Assembly (NCBI GenBank): GCA_046563655.1 | Contig: CM102286.1 | Coordinates: 9,858,001 to 9,922,000, forward strand | Source: Yuukianura sp. NJ FZ-2021 | Taxonomy: Eukaryota | Direction of reading: 5' to 3' | Length of the DNA: 64,000 bases | Part shown: positions 38,437-50,076 of the stretch, one piece after another | Position numbering within the stretch: position 1 is the first letter of the stretch | Layout of the letters: every line of letters begins with the position of its first letter | Program-made: the position numbers and the translations under genes | The notes under the pieces: model-generated | Seen by the model: the letters and a program-made list of their open reading frames with translations, nothing else | Told to the model about the DNA's origin: nothing | Database searches by the model: none

Positions 38437-38772
38437 ATGTCTACAACTGTGAAAGAAAATTCTGATTTTTTGAGATATCTAATCAAGTGTTCACCCCAAC
38501 AAAGAAAAGCGTTAATTAAATATGCGAGTAGTGGTGAAGTCAAAAGTATTTGTGAATGTGTTTTGAATATATATAAAAAAAATGTTGGACTAAAAAAGTC
38601 GTCAATTGAAAAATTACGTCCATTCAAAAGAGCAATACTTTCAATTGTCAAGAGAAGAGGTTCATCGTTGGTCAAAAAGAAAAAACTTTTGTCTCAAAAG
38701 GGTGGTGCAATAATTCCTTTAATTTTAGGATCCATGATTCCAAGCGTTTTATCAGCAATTTTACAAAAATGA
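38437..38772 (+). CDS. Polinton/adintovirus small basic virion core-like protein
   Basis: Basic protein with ICECVLNI..L..KKKKLLSQKGG followed by a hydrophobic tail AIIPLILGSMIP; the GG/hydrophobic junction is an adenain-type cleavage context. Confidence 0.7.
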   Translation: MSTTVKENSDFLRYLIKCSPQQRKALIKYASSGEVKSICECVLNIYKKNVGLKKSSIEKLRPFKRAILSIVKRRGSSLVKKKKLLSQKGGAIIPLILGSMIPSVLSAILQK

Positions 38773-39285
38773 AACGAATGCGTCTAATTTCCGAATTAGA
38801 CTACAAGAACCTATACGAAGAACCAAAAAAGAAAAAAGTTCCCTTGAGTCATTAAAGACTGCTTATGGAAATGAAGATTTGGAACACAAGAAGCAAACAA
38901 TTTTATCTGTGGACGATGTACCAGATGACATCAAAGCTCTGTTGTATTATGATTTTTCTCGTCGACTATTACAAAAACGAAAACTTTTGTCAAATCGTCC
39001 AGTTTTAGTAAAATCTGTTTCTCCAGCAAATCCAAATTTGACATCAAACTATCCAAACAGCAATAGTAACAACCAATCCAACTTGTTACAAAAAATTGAG
39101 TATGTTACTGAACCATACATTTTAAAACAAGTACCAGGAAAGGATGCTAAAAAGTTTGTAAACTTTATGAAATTGAGTAATATTAGTTGGAATTCGGATT
39201 TGGAAATTTTAATTGATAATCAGCGTATTCCTTCTTCAAATATCATCAATGTCCTCTCCCAGTTTATTTCATTTAAAAAGCAACT
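38769..39285 (+). pseudogene. Conserved Polinton hypothetical protein, frameshifted and truncated by the satellite
   Basis: ATGA overlap with the upstream stop; MKRMRLIS.. / IL..PDDIKALLY.. / ISWN..EILID...IPSSNII pattern; the frame runs into satellite DNA at 39286. Confidence 0.6.
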
Positions 39286-42200
39286 TAACCGCAACTTATT
39301 GAGTTTGGTAAAGTGTACCAGAAAAATTATACTTAGATGCGGGCAAATGAGGCCTGACAAGAGTTTTCTTTGGGTGTAAATTTAAAACTAAAGCTTAAAC
39401 ATATTTATGTTGTTAAATATGACCAAGGTTGATGTAGAATTTCAACGCAACATATCCATAGTATGGTTAGGTTTAAGACTTCAGTTAAAATTGAGTGACG
39501 TAACGACAAATGGTTCGTAGAGTTTTGACTGAAACAGGCTGGAGATGTTGAAGCCATTGTCAACAAGAAGAAACGGCTGGATTACTGTAACTTATTTTTG
39601 AGTATTCAATTCTTACCAAATAAATGGAAATGGTATCAGTTGTTTGAGAACATACAAAAACCCGTTTTAACGCTCAACGCAAATTAACAAATCAAAAATG
39701 CATTGTTCACAGCAACAGCATATAAACGGTCTTAAACGAATGTAGCTGTTGAAATTCTACAGCGATGTTTTTATTTCGGAAACTTAGGTCAAATTTCAGC
39801 CACAACTTTTTAGAAATAAAAACGCTGGTAAAATGTTTTTTTAAACCCTAACATTCTAACCGCAACTTATTGAGTTTTATTAAAATGTACCAGAAAAAGT
39901 ATACTTAGATGCGGGCAAATGAGGCCTGACAAGAACTTTCTTTGAGTGTAAATTTAACACTAAAGCTTAAACATATTTATGTTGTTAAATATGACCAAGG
40001 TTGTTGTAGAATTTCAACGCAACATATCCATAGTATGGTTAGGTTTAAGACTTCAGTTAAAATTGAGTGATGTAACGACAAATGGTTCGTAGAGTTTTGA
40101 CTGAAACAGATTGTAGATGTTAAAGCCGTTGTCGACAAGGAGAAGCGGCTGGATTACTGTAACTTATTTTTGAGTATTCAGTTCTTACCAAATAAATGGA
40201 AATGGTATCAGTTGTTTGAGAACATACAAAAACCCGTTTTAACGCTCAACGCAAATTAACAAATCAAAAATGCATTGTTCACAGCAACAGTATATAAACG
40301 GTCTTAAACGAATGAAGCTGTTGAAATTCTACAGCGATGTTTTTATTTCGGAAACTTAGGTCAAATTTCAGGCACAACTTTTTAGAAATAAAAACGCTGG
40401 TAAAATGTTTTTTAAACCCTAACATTCTAACCGCAACTTATTGAGTTTGATAAAGTGTACCAGAAAAATTATACTTAGCTGAGGGCAAATGAGGCCTGAC
40501 AAGAGTTTTCTTTGAGTGTAAATTTAAAACTAAAGCTTAAACATATTTATGTTGTTAAATATGACCAAGGTTGATGTAGAATTTCAACGCAACATATCCA
40601 TAGTATGGTTACGTTTGAGACCAGTTAAAATTGAGTGACGTAACGACAAATGGTTCGTAGAGTTTTGACTGAAACAGGATGGAGATGTTAAAGCCATTGT
40701 CAACAGGAAGAAACGGCCGGATTACTGTAACCTATTTTTGAGTATTCAATTCTTACCAAATAAATGGAAATGGTATCAGTTGTTTGAGAACATACAAAAA
40801 CCCGTTTTAACGCTCAACGCAAATTAACAAATCAAAAATGCATTGTTCACAGCAACTGTATATAAACGGTCTTAAACGAATGTAGCTGTTGAAATTCTAC
40901 AGCGATGTTTTTATTTCGGAAACTTAGGTCAAATTTCAGGCACAACTTTTTAGAAATAAAAACGCTGGTAAAATGTTTTTTAAACCCTAACATTCTAACC
41001 GCAACTTATTGAGTTTGGTAAAGTGTACCAGAAAAAGTATACTTAGATGCGGGCAAATGAGGCCTGACAAGAGTTTTCTTTGAGTGTAAATTTAAAACTA
41101 AAGCTTAAACATATTTATGTTGTTAAATATGACCAAGGTTGATGTAGAATTTCAACGCAACATATCCATAGTATGGTTAGGTTTAAGACTTCAGTTAAAA
41201 TTGAGTGATGTAACGACAAATGGTTCGTAGAGTTTTGACTGAAACAGACTGTAGATGTTAAAGCCGTTGTCGACAAGGAGAAGCGGCTGGATTACTGTAA
41301 CTTATTTTTGAGTATTCAATTCTTACCAAATAAATGGAAATGGTATCAGTTGTTTGAGAACATACAAAAACCCGTTTTAACGCTCAACGCAAATTAACAA
41401 ATCAAAAATGCATTGTTCACAGCAACAGTATATAAACGGTCTTAAACGAATGAAGCTGTTGAAATTCTACAGCGATGTTTTTATTTCGGAAACTTAGGTC
41501 AAATTTCAGGCACAACTTTTTAGAAATAAAAACGCTGGTAAAATGTTTTTTTAAACCCTAACATTCTAACCGCAACTTATTGAGTTTGATAAAGTGTACC
41601 AGAAAAATTATACTTAGCTGAGGGCAAATGATGCCTGACAAGAGTTTTCTTTGAGTGTAAATTTAAAACTAAAGCTTAAACATATTTATGTTGTTAAATA
41701 TGACCAAGGTTGATGTAGAATTTCAACGCAACATATCCATAGTATGGTTAGGTTTAAGACTTCAGTTAAAATTGAGTGATGTAACGACAAATGGTTCGTA
41801 GAGTTTTGACTGAAACAGACTGTAGATGTTAAAGCCGTTGTCGACAAGGAGAAGCGGCTGGATTACTGTAACTTATTTTTGAGTATTCAATTCTTACCAA
41901 ATAAATGGAAATGGTATCAGTTGTTTGAGAACATACAAAAACCCGTTTTAACGCTCAACGCAAATTAACAAATCAAAAATGCATTGTTCACAGCAACAGT
42001 ATATAAACGGTCTTAAACGAATGAAGCTGTTGAAATTCTACAGCGATGTTTTTATTTCGGAAACTTAGGTCAAATTTCAGGCACAACTTTTTAGAAATAA
42101 AAACGCTGGTAAAATGTTTTTTTAAACCCTAACATTCTAACCGCAACTTATTGAGATTGATAAAGTGTACCAGAAAAATTATACTTAGCTGAGGGCAAAT

Positions 42201-43088
42201 GAGGCCTGACAAGAGTTTTCTTTGAGTGTAAATTTAAAACTAAAGCTTAAACATATTTATGTTGTTAAATATGACCAAGGTTGATGTAGAATTTCAACGC
42301 AACATATCCATAGTATGGTTACGTTTGAGACCAGTTAAAATTGAGTGACGTAACGACAAATGGTTCGTAGAGTTTTGACTGAAACAGGATGGAGATGTTA
42401 AAGCCATTGTCAACAGGAAGAAACGGCCGGATTACTGTAACCTATTTTTGAGTATTCAATTCTTACCAAATAAATGGAAATGGTATCAGTTGTTTGAGAA
42501 CATACAAAAACCCGTTTTAACGCTCAACGCAAATTAACAAATCAAAAATGCATTGTTCACAGCAACTGTATATAAACGGTCTTAAACGAATGTAGCTGTT
42601 GAAATTCTACAGCGATGTTTTTATTTCGGAAACTTAGGTCAAATTTCAGGCACAACTTTTTAGAAATAAAAACGCTGGTAAAATGTTTTTTTAAACCCTA
42701 ACATTCTAACCGCAACTTATTGAGTTTGGTAAAGTGTACCAGAAAAAGTATACTTAGATGCGGGCAAATGAGGCCTGACAAGAGTTTTCTTTGAGTGTAA
42801 ATTTAAAACTAAAGCTTAAACATATTTATGTTGTTAAATATGACCAAGGTTGATGTAGAATTTCAACGCAACATATCCATAGTATGGTTAGGTTTAAGAC
42901 TTCAGTTAAAATTGAGTGATGTAACGACAAATGGTTCGTAGAGTTTTGACTGAAACAGACTGTAGATGTTAAAGCCGTTGTCGACAAGGAGAAGCGGCTG
43001 GATTACTGTAACTTATTTTTGAGTATTCAATTCTTACCAAATAAATGGAAATGGTATCAGTTGTTTGAGAAAGTACAAAAACCCATTT
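39286..43088. repeat. Tandem ~570-bp satellite, about 6.7 units (right array)
   Basis: Same unit as 13951-30198, resuming in register at taaccgcaacttattgag, with several private variants. Confidence 0.97.
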
Positions 43089-43220
43089 TAGTTTTGCTTG
43101 AAAAACTAAAACCTCTTGGTGTTGTATTTTCAGAATTAGACCGCCTTAAACGCATTCAAAGTTCAATGGGCCATTTCGTTTTAAGGGTAAAATCGTCCGT
43201 AGTTTTCAGTTAATTGAACA

Positions 43221-43590
43221 ATGAGTAGCGGTATGACACGTGACATCGTTTGGTTAAGCTTCCAGGAAGTAGTTTCTTGTGACCGAGAGTTCAGTAGTGC
43301 AAACTGTAACGCCTATGGACAAGAAATGCAAGGTCAAGTGGCAATTTTTAACTGCAAGTGTTCCGAAAAATGTAATGGATTGCACTAGGAAGACAATGTC
43401 GCAGGCACTGCTTCCTATTCATTATTTGGCATCCTGTCTAGCTTGGTAAAAAACTGTCGGAGTATGTAATTGAACTCGCCGTTACTTATGCAGCAGTTGA
43501 AAACGAAAGGTGTTCAGGAATCTTAGCAGCTTTACGCAGTACAGAGCACAAACGGGACCACTCCGAAAAGTTTTGTTTTCTAACACTGTT
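43221..43590 (+). pseudogene. Heavily deleted hAT transposase remnant (BED-finger N-terminus plus C-terminal scraps)
   Basis: MSSGMTRDIVWLSFQEV..ANCNAYGQEMQGQVA..KC resembles a decayed BED finger. LPIHYLA and VE.R/EKxxxL-like scraps follow, ~200 bp from the right TIR. Confidence 0.6.
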
Positions 43591-43810
43591 TTAAACGACA
43601 TATCTGCTTCGGATTGGTAGGACTTATATTGTTTTAGTTTAGTTTAAGTTTCAACTTGATTCGAAAGGGTACCTTTTTGGCACCCATTTTTAATTTAATT
43701 CTACACAATTCTTCTTCTTCGCGCATGAATTCTCAAGCCTTGGTTTAAACAAAAAAAAAACGTTTTTTTTTGGGGTTTTTTGGAAAAAAACGAAACAACC
43801 CGACACCCTG

Positions 43811-44665
43811 CATACAAAACTATCTCGTGCCGACCTTGTGATAAATTTCAGCTTATAAAACAATTAGGTTAAGGAAACGTGGACTTGGACTTCCATTGCA
43901 AAAAGAAAAACTAGGAGTATTACGTATTTCCTCTATACACGACGAAATATATTTGAAAATCAGTTTGTGCTCCACCTTTCTCATGTAAGATTTTCAAAAA
44001 AAAATTATTCTTAATTAAGACTTACACCATTATTAAAACCTTTCTATGCCAAGTTTTAATAAATAAATAAATAAATTTCAGTCTCGAACAAGCGATTTGG
44101 TATTATTGCAACGAATGATAAGTTTACTGGGAATTCAAACTTATGTAAGCATTACCTATAGTACTGTGAATACACCTTGACATTAATTATATGCATCTTT
44201 ACGTTAAACTAGGTTCAAGTCGTAGTCATCATATGCTTGCCCGTGAGTTTAATTGTCTGAAGAATTGATTTCGGAATCGCTAGTTAATATGGTAAACAAC
44301 ATACCAACAAGTTTTTTTTTATTGGACTGTGACTGCATAAGAATTCTGAAAAGGGATTGACCTTCCCTAAATTAAAAATTTATTTTCCTCAGCAAAATTA
44401 CAAAGTTTGCCTAAAACGGAAAATATTCTTCTGCCAATAAATTTGGACGTACGTTCCAAATCCAGTTCAGTTTAAACGTTAGACGGATCCGAAGAATATT
44501 GTATAGAAAAAGCATTAGAGCTCTCTATGGAGAAAGCATTACAGCCAGTACTTTGGTGCATAAAAATATCTAGTAAGTTTGGACTTCATGGCCTTCGCTG
44601 GTCACACGCACACAATTGTATTCAGCTAAAACCGCAACGTGGAGTCAAAGGGCGTATGCTAAAAT
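43811..44665 (+). repeat. Copy A (right half) of the duplicated host segment, ending in a truncated 5' copy of the chemoreceptor gene (ATG ~44527)
   Basis: Colinear with 51405-52280, e.g. caaaactatctcgtgccgacctt and aaaagcattagagctctctatggagaaagcatta..ggagtcaaaggg. Confidence 0.9.
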
Positions 44666-45830
44666 TTGAAAATATGTAGCAGGAATTGACCGCTTCATTA
44701 CGTAAATTCCGCCTAGAGGGCGCAAACCCCGGAGCTCCTAACTGGTAGTAGTGCTACGGTCTCCATCTTCCACTTTCTGCCAATGTAGAATCAAGTTTCT
44801 ACTTACAGTATTTAAACTGGTTCCAACTATTATTGTTACAGAAATTACAATAACGCTTGCGGACATTGTAATTAGAAACATTATGTAGCTGCCATTATCT
44901 AACTCTTCATGCTTACTAATTACGAAGGAGGCTTGAATGATCAAAGTACTAGCGAATAGGGTAAGCGCCGTTGGTATAATAGCCGGAGCATAGCACTTGT
45001 TGAAGAGTTGGTTAACGATTTGGTACTGGCGGTAAATACCAATGCGACATGTTCCTTCCTCTCTGCTCAAAACATTAAAAATTTCAAACTAAAGACTTTC
45101 CTTAGGTTAAAGTTGTAATATTATATGGTTCTTTTTACCGCATTAGCTTAAGGGACTTGACTGCTGGAAGAATGTGAACGAATATGTAATAAACATGAAT
45201 AGATCCAAATCCTTAAAATGAGTAAGTTACGAAGGTGTCCATACAAGCGCATAACAGGATGAGCAGCACGTTGTCATCGTAGCCAAGTAGCTTCTGCACA
45301 TAGTAGTACGAGTAAAACACTTTCCTGGGAAGTGCCAATCCAAGTATAAAAAATACTCCCAAACTATCAATGACCCAAGTGACGTTCATTAATTTTGCAA
45401 AATTCACAACTGTTTTCCAGAGATTTTCGAACTTCTTTGGATAAATGTCTAAAAAATAAAACGGTCATAAAAACTTAAAAATTTCTTTTTCAGACAAAAA
45501 AAAATCCTTACCTTCTACCAAGCTGTGAAGAAAAAGTACTTGATTCAAAGTGTAGGCAAAATCTTTTAGGTTGCCAATTACTCCAGCATGAAACAAAGTG
45601 GAGGTCAAATAAGATATTGCAAAAAATGTAGTAATTATTAAATCAAGAAGTTGCAATTTCACACATTTAACATAAGACTGTAGTAGAATATTAACCAGAG
45701 ACAGGAATCGGATACAATTTACGCTCACAACTGACAACCAAATGAACTGTTTTACTTTTGAAGCCACAACAAACCCAACGGGTATCAAAAGTATCAAAAG
45801 TGAACGGTGAAATACACAAATGACCCAGAA
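44665..45830 (-). pseudogene. 7TM chemoreceptor-like (gustatory-receptor-like) pseudogene, three exons
   Basis: Hydrophobic exons (..YTLNQV..VEG|..|..YRQYQIVNQLFNKCYAPAIIP..LRPL) with GT-AG introns; in-frame stops at ~45213 and ~44738; the 5' end is lost. Confidence 0.7.
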
Positions 45831-45860
45831 AAACGATAAATTTTGCGATGTATTTAATTG

Positions 45861-47097
45861 CAATTCCAACAATTTAGCAAGAATCTCCTCATCATGTTCG
45901 CCGATGACAACACTATGGTGGTTACTGGAGACCCCAATACCCTTCAACAATTTAAACAAGAAGTTGAGAAAAGTGTAGAGTTTGTTGCTAAGTGGATGAG
46001 TGAAAATCAGTTGAACATAAACCCAAGGAAATGTGCAATTTTATTATGCGCAAAACCCAGTATTTTAAAAAGTGCCGGAGAAATGGACTTTCTAATTTGC
46101 GGAGAAAGTATAAAATCAAGTAACCAAATCACCAGTTTAGGACTAATTATTGACAATTCAATGAAATGGGACGCACACATCACTTCCACTTCTAAGAAAG
46201 CACTTAGTCTCATCGCGTCACTCTATCCTCTGCAAAGATTTCTTAACACGAAAAACCGGAAAACTGTGATGGAAGCTTATGTTCTCTCTAAAGTTACATA
46301 CATGTGCGAGATCTGGGGAAAAGCGAACAAGCGACACCTTAAAACTATGGAAAAGGTTATTCGCTCTGCGGGAAGATTTGTACTGAACGTGAAGAAATAT
46401 GATCCAGTGAAAGCGAAGATTACGTCCGAATTGAACTGGCTCTTTCCCAAACACCTAGCTGATTTCCGTACCACATGCATAGTCTCGACTATCGTTTTAG
46501 AAAACTGCCCAAACTACTTTAAAAATTACTTCAGTGAAGTCCAGTCAACTCAATCAAGCACAACAACTAGAAAAAACTCACGTCGCAAACTTAAACCGAA
46601 AAATTCATCCTCAATCCTTCAAAGCAAGTGGTTTCCGTAAGTGGATGGAAACGAAAGAAGATGTCCGACGTCTTACCAATCTGACGGCAATAAAGATGAA
46701 ACTTAAGGACCATTTTATCAAAGCGCAACACAAAGAACTCGAACGCCTAACTGATGCAGATGAAGAAGACTAAAAAAAAAAAATTTGAACATACATATTA
46801 ATAATACGCAATATACTTTAGCAAGCAAATATTCTAAAAAAAACTATAATTAAATCACCCTAACTGCTAAATTTTAAATTTTAAAACATTTTAGAACAAT
46901 TTCAAAAATAATACATATTAGAAATGCCACTTCTCAAAGAAAATAATAATAATAATAATAATAGTAATAATAATAATAATACTGGTAAACATACAACTTT
47001 CTAATTTACAACCGCTGCATGTATACTAATTATCACTTACTACTTATTCTGAAAAGCCTGCCAGAAACAGGAGAATAAATGAAATGAAATGAAAAAA
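45861..47097 (+). mobile_element. 5'-truncated LINE (RT C-terminal half)
   Basis: MFADD, LNINPRKC, SLGLIIDNSMKWDAHI and LNWL; AATAAA plus a (TGAAA)n tail; TSD AATTG; the empty site is visible in the paralog at ~50090-50110. Confidence 0.9.
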
Positions 47098-47810
47098 AAT
47101 TGGGCACGCTGGATTTGTAGAGTTTATTTTAACCCGTTTCCACTCGTTTCTGGTAGATTCTTAGAGAATTTTGGAAGATTTTATTGAGAACTTAATTTCT
47201 GAGCTATAGTTTTATTTTTCTAAAATTTTTCTGTTAACCTCAGTAGGAAATGATGCGTTTTAGGCTCTGGTTGCTGCTGTTTTAGATTTGCAGGATGACA
47301 CAAATCTTAGATTTCAAAATTTAGCCGTGAAGGTCGCAGTAAATTAAACTATGTAGTTCCGCCAAATTTGTGTCTGTCTTGAACACTTCTTTAATCAGAG
47401 TAAGGAGAAAAAGATCCATATACCTAGGTGTTTATATTTTTTTTTATACAAGCTCAATCGGCTAGCTTGTAGCTTCATCAAATCAGTAGTCAGTAATTCA
47501 GACAACATTGATCGTTTCATAATCATAACTACGCACTACGTTGCATAGGTATGTTCTAAAACATATTAGTTCTGGACGGATAGCAACGCAACGGCATGGA
47601 ATGTCTCCTCATATTTTGTCCATTTATTTATCCATTCTAGTACTTGAGGTGAAGGCAATGAGAAAGCGAGAATCTACATTGTAACGCCATTGTTCTGAAA
47701 ATTAGCGAAATGTTGTGCAATTTCCAAATTCACTTTTCGAAGCATCATCCTGCGATTTTGTCTACAAAGAAACCCTATTTTAATGACGGCAACAAGAGGA
47801 ATTGGGTATA
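47098..47810 (+). repeat. Copy B of the duplicated host segment (begins at 45835, split by the LINE)
   Basis: Colinear with 6112-6893 and 50098-51256. Confidence 0.9.
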
Positions 47811-48915
47811 GGGGAGGATGGAGGGCAAGTGAATCATGGGGTCAGGGGAATCACTCTCAATAACTTTAATTAGTACATCACTAAAATTCTGTAAAAATCA
47901 ATTATAGATGACCCCAATTGTTAACTTGAGGCGGCAAATCATAGAACCCCAGTTTCATGTTGTTCTTATCGATGAGCCTTATTCAAAAAATTTTTTCACA
48001 AATATTCAGCAAAAGTAAAAATTTTCCAGTGACACTTGGTCGTCGATTTTTCAATTGGTGACGTCTAAACCGAAACATTAGGTAAGTGATTAATTGTATT
48101 AGACAGTCCAAACTTAAGGTAAAAGTATTTGTACAAGGTCAATCCACACTAAGCAATTGCTTAAAAAAAAGCTGTATGGGGTCAAGTGAATCACTCGGTT
48201 GGAGGGCAAATGAATCACCTTTTCTTCATATTTGCAGAACGATGCCCCGAAAACGTTTAAGAAAAACTACCTGGTGGATTGAGCAGGAGGTAATGAACTT
48301 GCTGGAGAGCAAGTTGTTAAAGGAAAAAGCATTAGGAAAGCGGCAGCGCTGAACAATACAGCCTGCAGTACGCCTCGAGATTTGTTTCAAAATTGCAAGA
48401 CCCTATGGCAAGAAGTCCTGCCCGAACTGGGTTAAGCTATTCAAATCGTGTGTTTTCAGTAGAACAGAACGCCTACCAACCGTGTACTTCTGATTTTAGA
48501 TAATCACGATTCCCACATCTCCGTTCAAGCGATTGATTTTGCGAAGGAAAATGGAATCGTAGTTTTGACGTCTATCTTGCCTTATCACAAAGCTGCGCAG
48601 CGTAAAACAAGGAAAGGATGAAAGCGCAAGTGGTCTCTTCTTACAGACACGGCAGTTTTAGCAATAGTTATGGCAGAAGAAGCTGAACGTTCGTTACGGT
48701 CCGCTAAAAAGATCGAAAAGAAACCTGCGACTCCAAAACGCGTTACAAAATGCCGCAAAACTGTGTCAAAATCTGAACCATCCACTTCCCAGAGGCCAAA
48801 AAGAACAAAACTTAGTTTTCTGATGATAAGTCTGTTCATTTTTGTTGAGAATTAAATAGTAAATTAACTATTTTCAAAAACACCAGAGGTGATTCACCTG
48901 ACCCCAATGTCACCC
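47811..48915 (+). mobile_element. Decayed pogo/Fot1-like DNA transposon
   Basis: Inserted after TA. Repeated ggggtcaaRtgaatca motifs with an inverted copy (tgattcacctgacccc) at ~48890. Fragments MPRKRLRKT.. and VLLILDNHDSHISVQAIDFAKENGIVVL (DDE_1). Confidence 0.8.
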
Positions 48916-49745
48916 GAAATCGGTGGCAAGTTAACTGAAGAGTAGGTCTCTTGGGACTTACTTGATCGGAGGTGGTTCATTTTCCCTCTGTCCCCGAGGC
49001 CTATCTGTTGCCGAAACAACCGACGACACTGAGGTGCTACTGTAGTCTGGTACGCTATTGTAAGATGAACGGTATGGTATACTTCCGGTATGCTTCGTGA
49101 AATGAGCGTTAGGTAACAATAAGATGAACGGCAGTGTTAGAAATTTATTAATCCACTGTTTGAACAGAACCGTCCTCTTTGTTTGGAGGATGTTTCTCTA
49201 GGAGAGTCTGAAATATGCCAATGAGCATGCTCAGCGTGGACCTCACTATTCTAATCAATAGATAGTGAGTCCCCTCTTATAAACATATATATATATTTGT
49301 TTGGAGGATCAAAGGCAGAAAAACTTAAGATAGTATTTTCTAAAGGATCCATAAATTCTAGCTTGGAGCTAAACTTTGGAGTTAGTACTGCATCTTTTAA
49401 CGCAAACTCTGACCTTCTAGAACATTCTTCTGGAAGGGATGACGTGACATCGTTAAGGATCCTTCTAGAAGGAAGGGCAATAAAAATATTCCAGAGAGAA
49501 TAAACAATGCAATTTAAAGTGTGACAGTAATCATTATCTTTAAGGTCAAGATTGAAAAATGACGACTGAGTTTTTCCAATAGGCAGAACAACAAAGTTGG
49601 TCGAGCACTAGCTTATTTGGAGTAAAAACTACCTACTCCAAGTAGGTAAATCAGCGTGGTTCTAGGTTCGGCGTTCCCCACAAGGGAACTCCGACCTTTA
49701 TGACTCTCCGTCTACTCTTATTGTTATAAGGACGTCATTGTCCAA

Positions 49746-50075
49746 CTGATACTGATACTATTTGAAACGGTGTGTGACATACGCTGTGACAGTGCTAATC
49801 GGTCTGGTGTAATATTTTATTGTTATTTTGGCTTTGAATATTCTGAAAACAAAATCTTGCCAGTGGCAGGTTGTAACCTTTAAACATCACGATAGTGATA
49901 CGAATTTGAAACGGCGTGTGGTATACGCTGTGGCAGCACCAGTTTCGCGATGGTATCATTCCGTTGTTATTTTTGTGTTGAATATTTATTCTGAAAATAA
50001 AATCTTGCAAGTGCAAAGTTGCAACCCTTAAACACCACGAATACTGATACTATTTGAAACGGCGTGTGACATACA
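49746..50075. repeat. Degenerate tandem repeat, ~145-150-bp period, about 2.3 copies
   Basis: tgatacta-tttgaaacggYgtgtgacatac recurs at ~49753, ~49896 and ~50045. Confidence 0.75.
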
Positions 50076-50076
50076 T

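Larger units (their letters stand above)
30199..39285 (+). mobile_element. Endogenous Polinton/Maverick (adintovirus-like) element, right-truncated and decayed
   Basis: Starts with AGTAG (Polinton-type terminus) exactly at the satellite junction. Carries pPolB, packaging ATPase, rve integrase and core-like genes. No capsid or protease gene and no right TIR were seen. Confidence 0.92.
7035..43810 (+). mobile_element. Putative giant composite hAT-like element bounded by 10-bp TIRs
   Basis: CAGGGTGTCG at 7035 (duplicated at 10413) and its reverse complement CGACACCCTG at 43801-43810. GGTTTAAAC subterminal motifs occur at both ends and a decayed BED/hAT transposase lies just inside the right end. 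The flanks rejoin into a segment that is contiguous at 50.1-52.3 kb. Confidence 0.6.

Noticed and set aside
39286..39379. C-terminus of the 38879-39379 ORF
   Set aside because: Read-through into satellite DNA past the truncation point.
13951..43088. CRISPR-like or spacer-acquisition array around the virus
   Set aside because: Units are contiguous near-identical monomers with no unique spacers, and no match to the viral sequence was noticed; the context is eukaryotic.
45465..45959. 164-aa minus-strand ORF as one gene
   Set aside because: Chimeric: its first part is antisense LINE and duplicated-segment sequence, and only ~45512-45830 is receptor exon.
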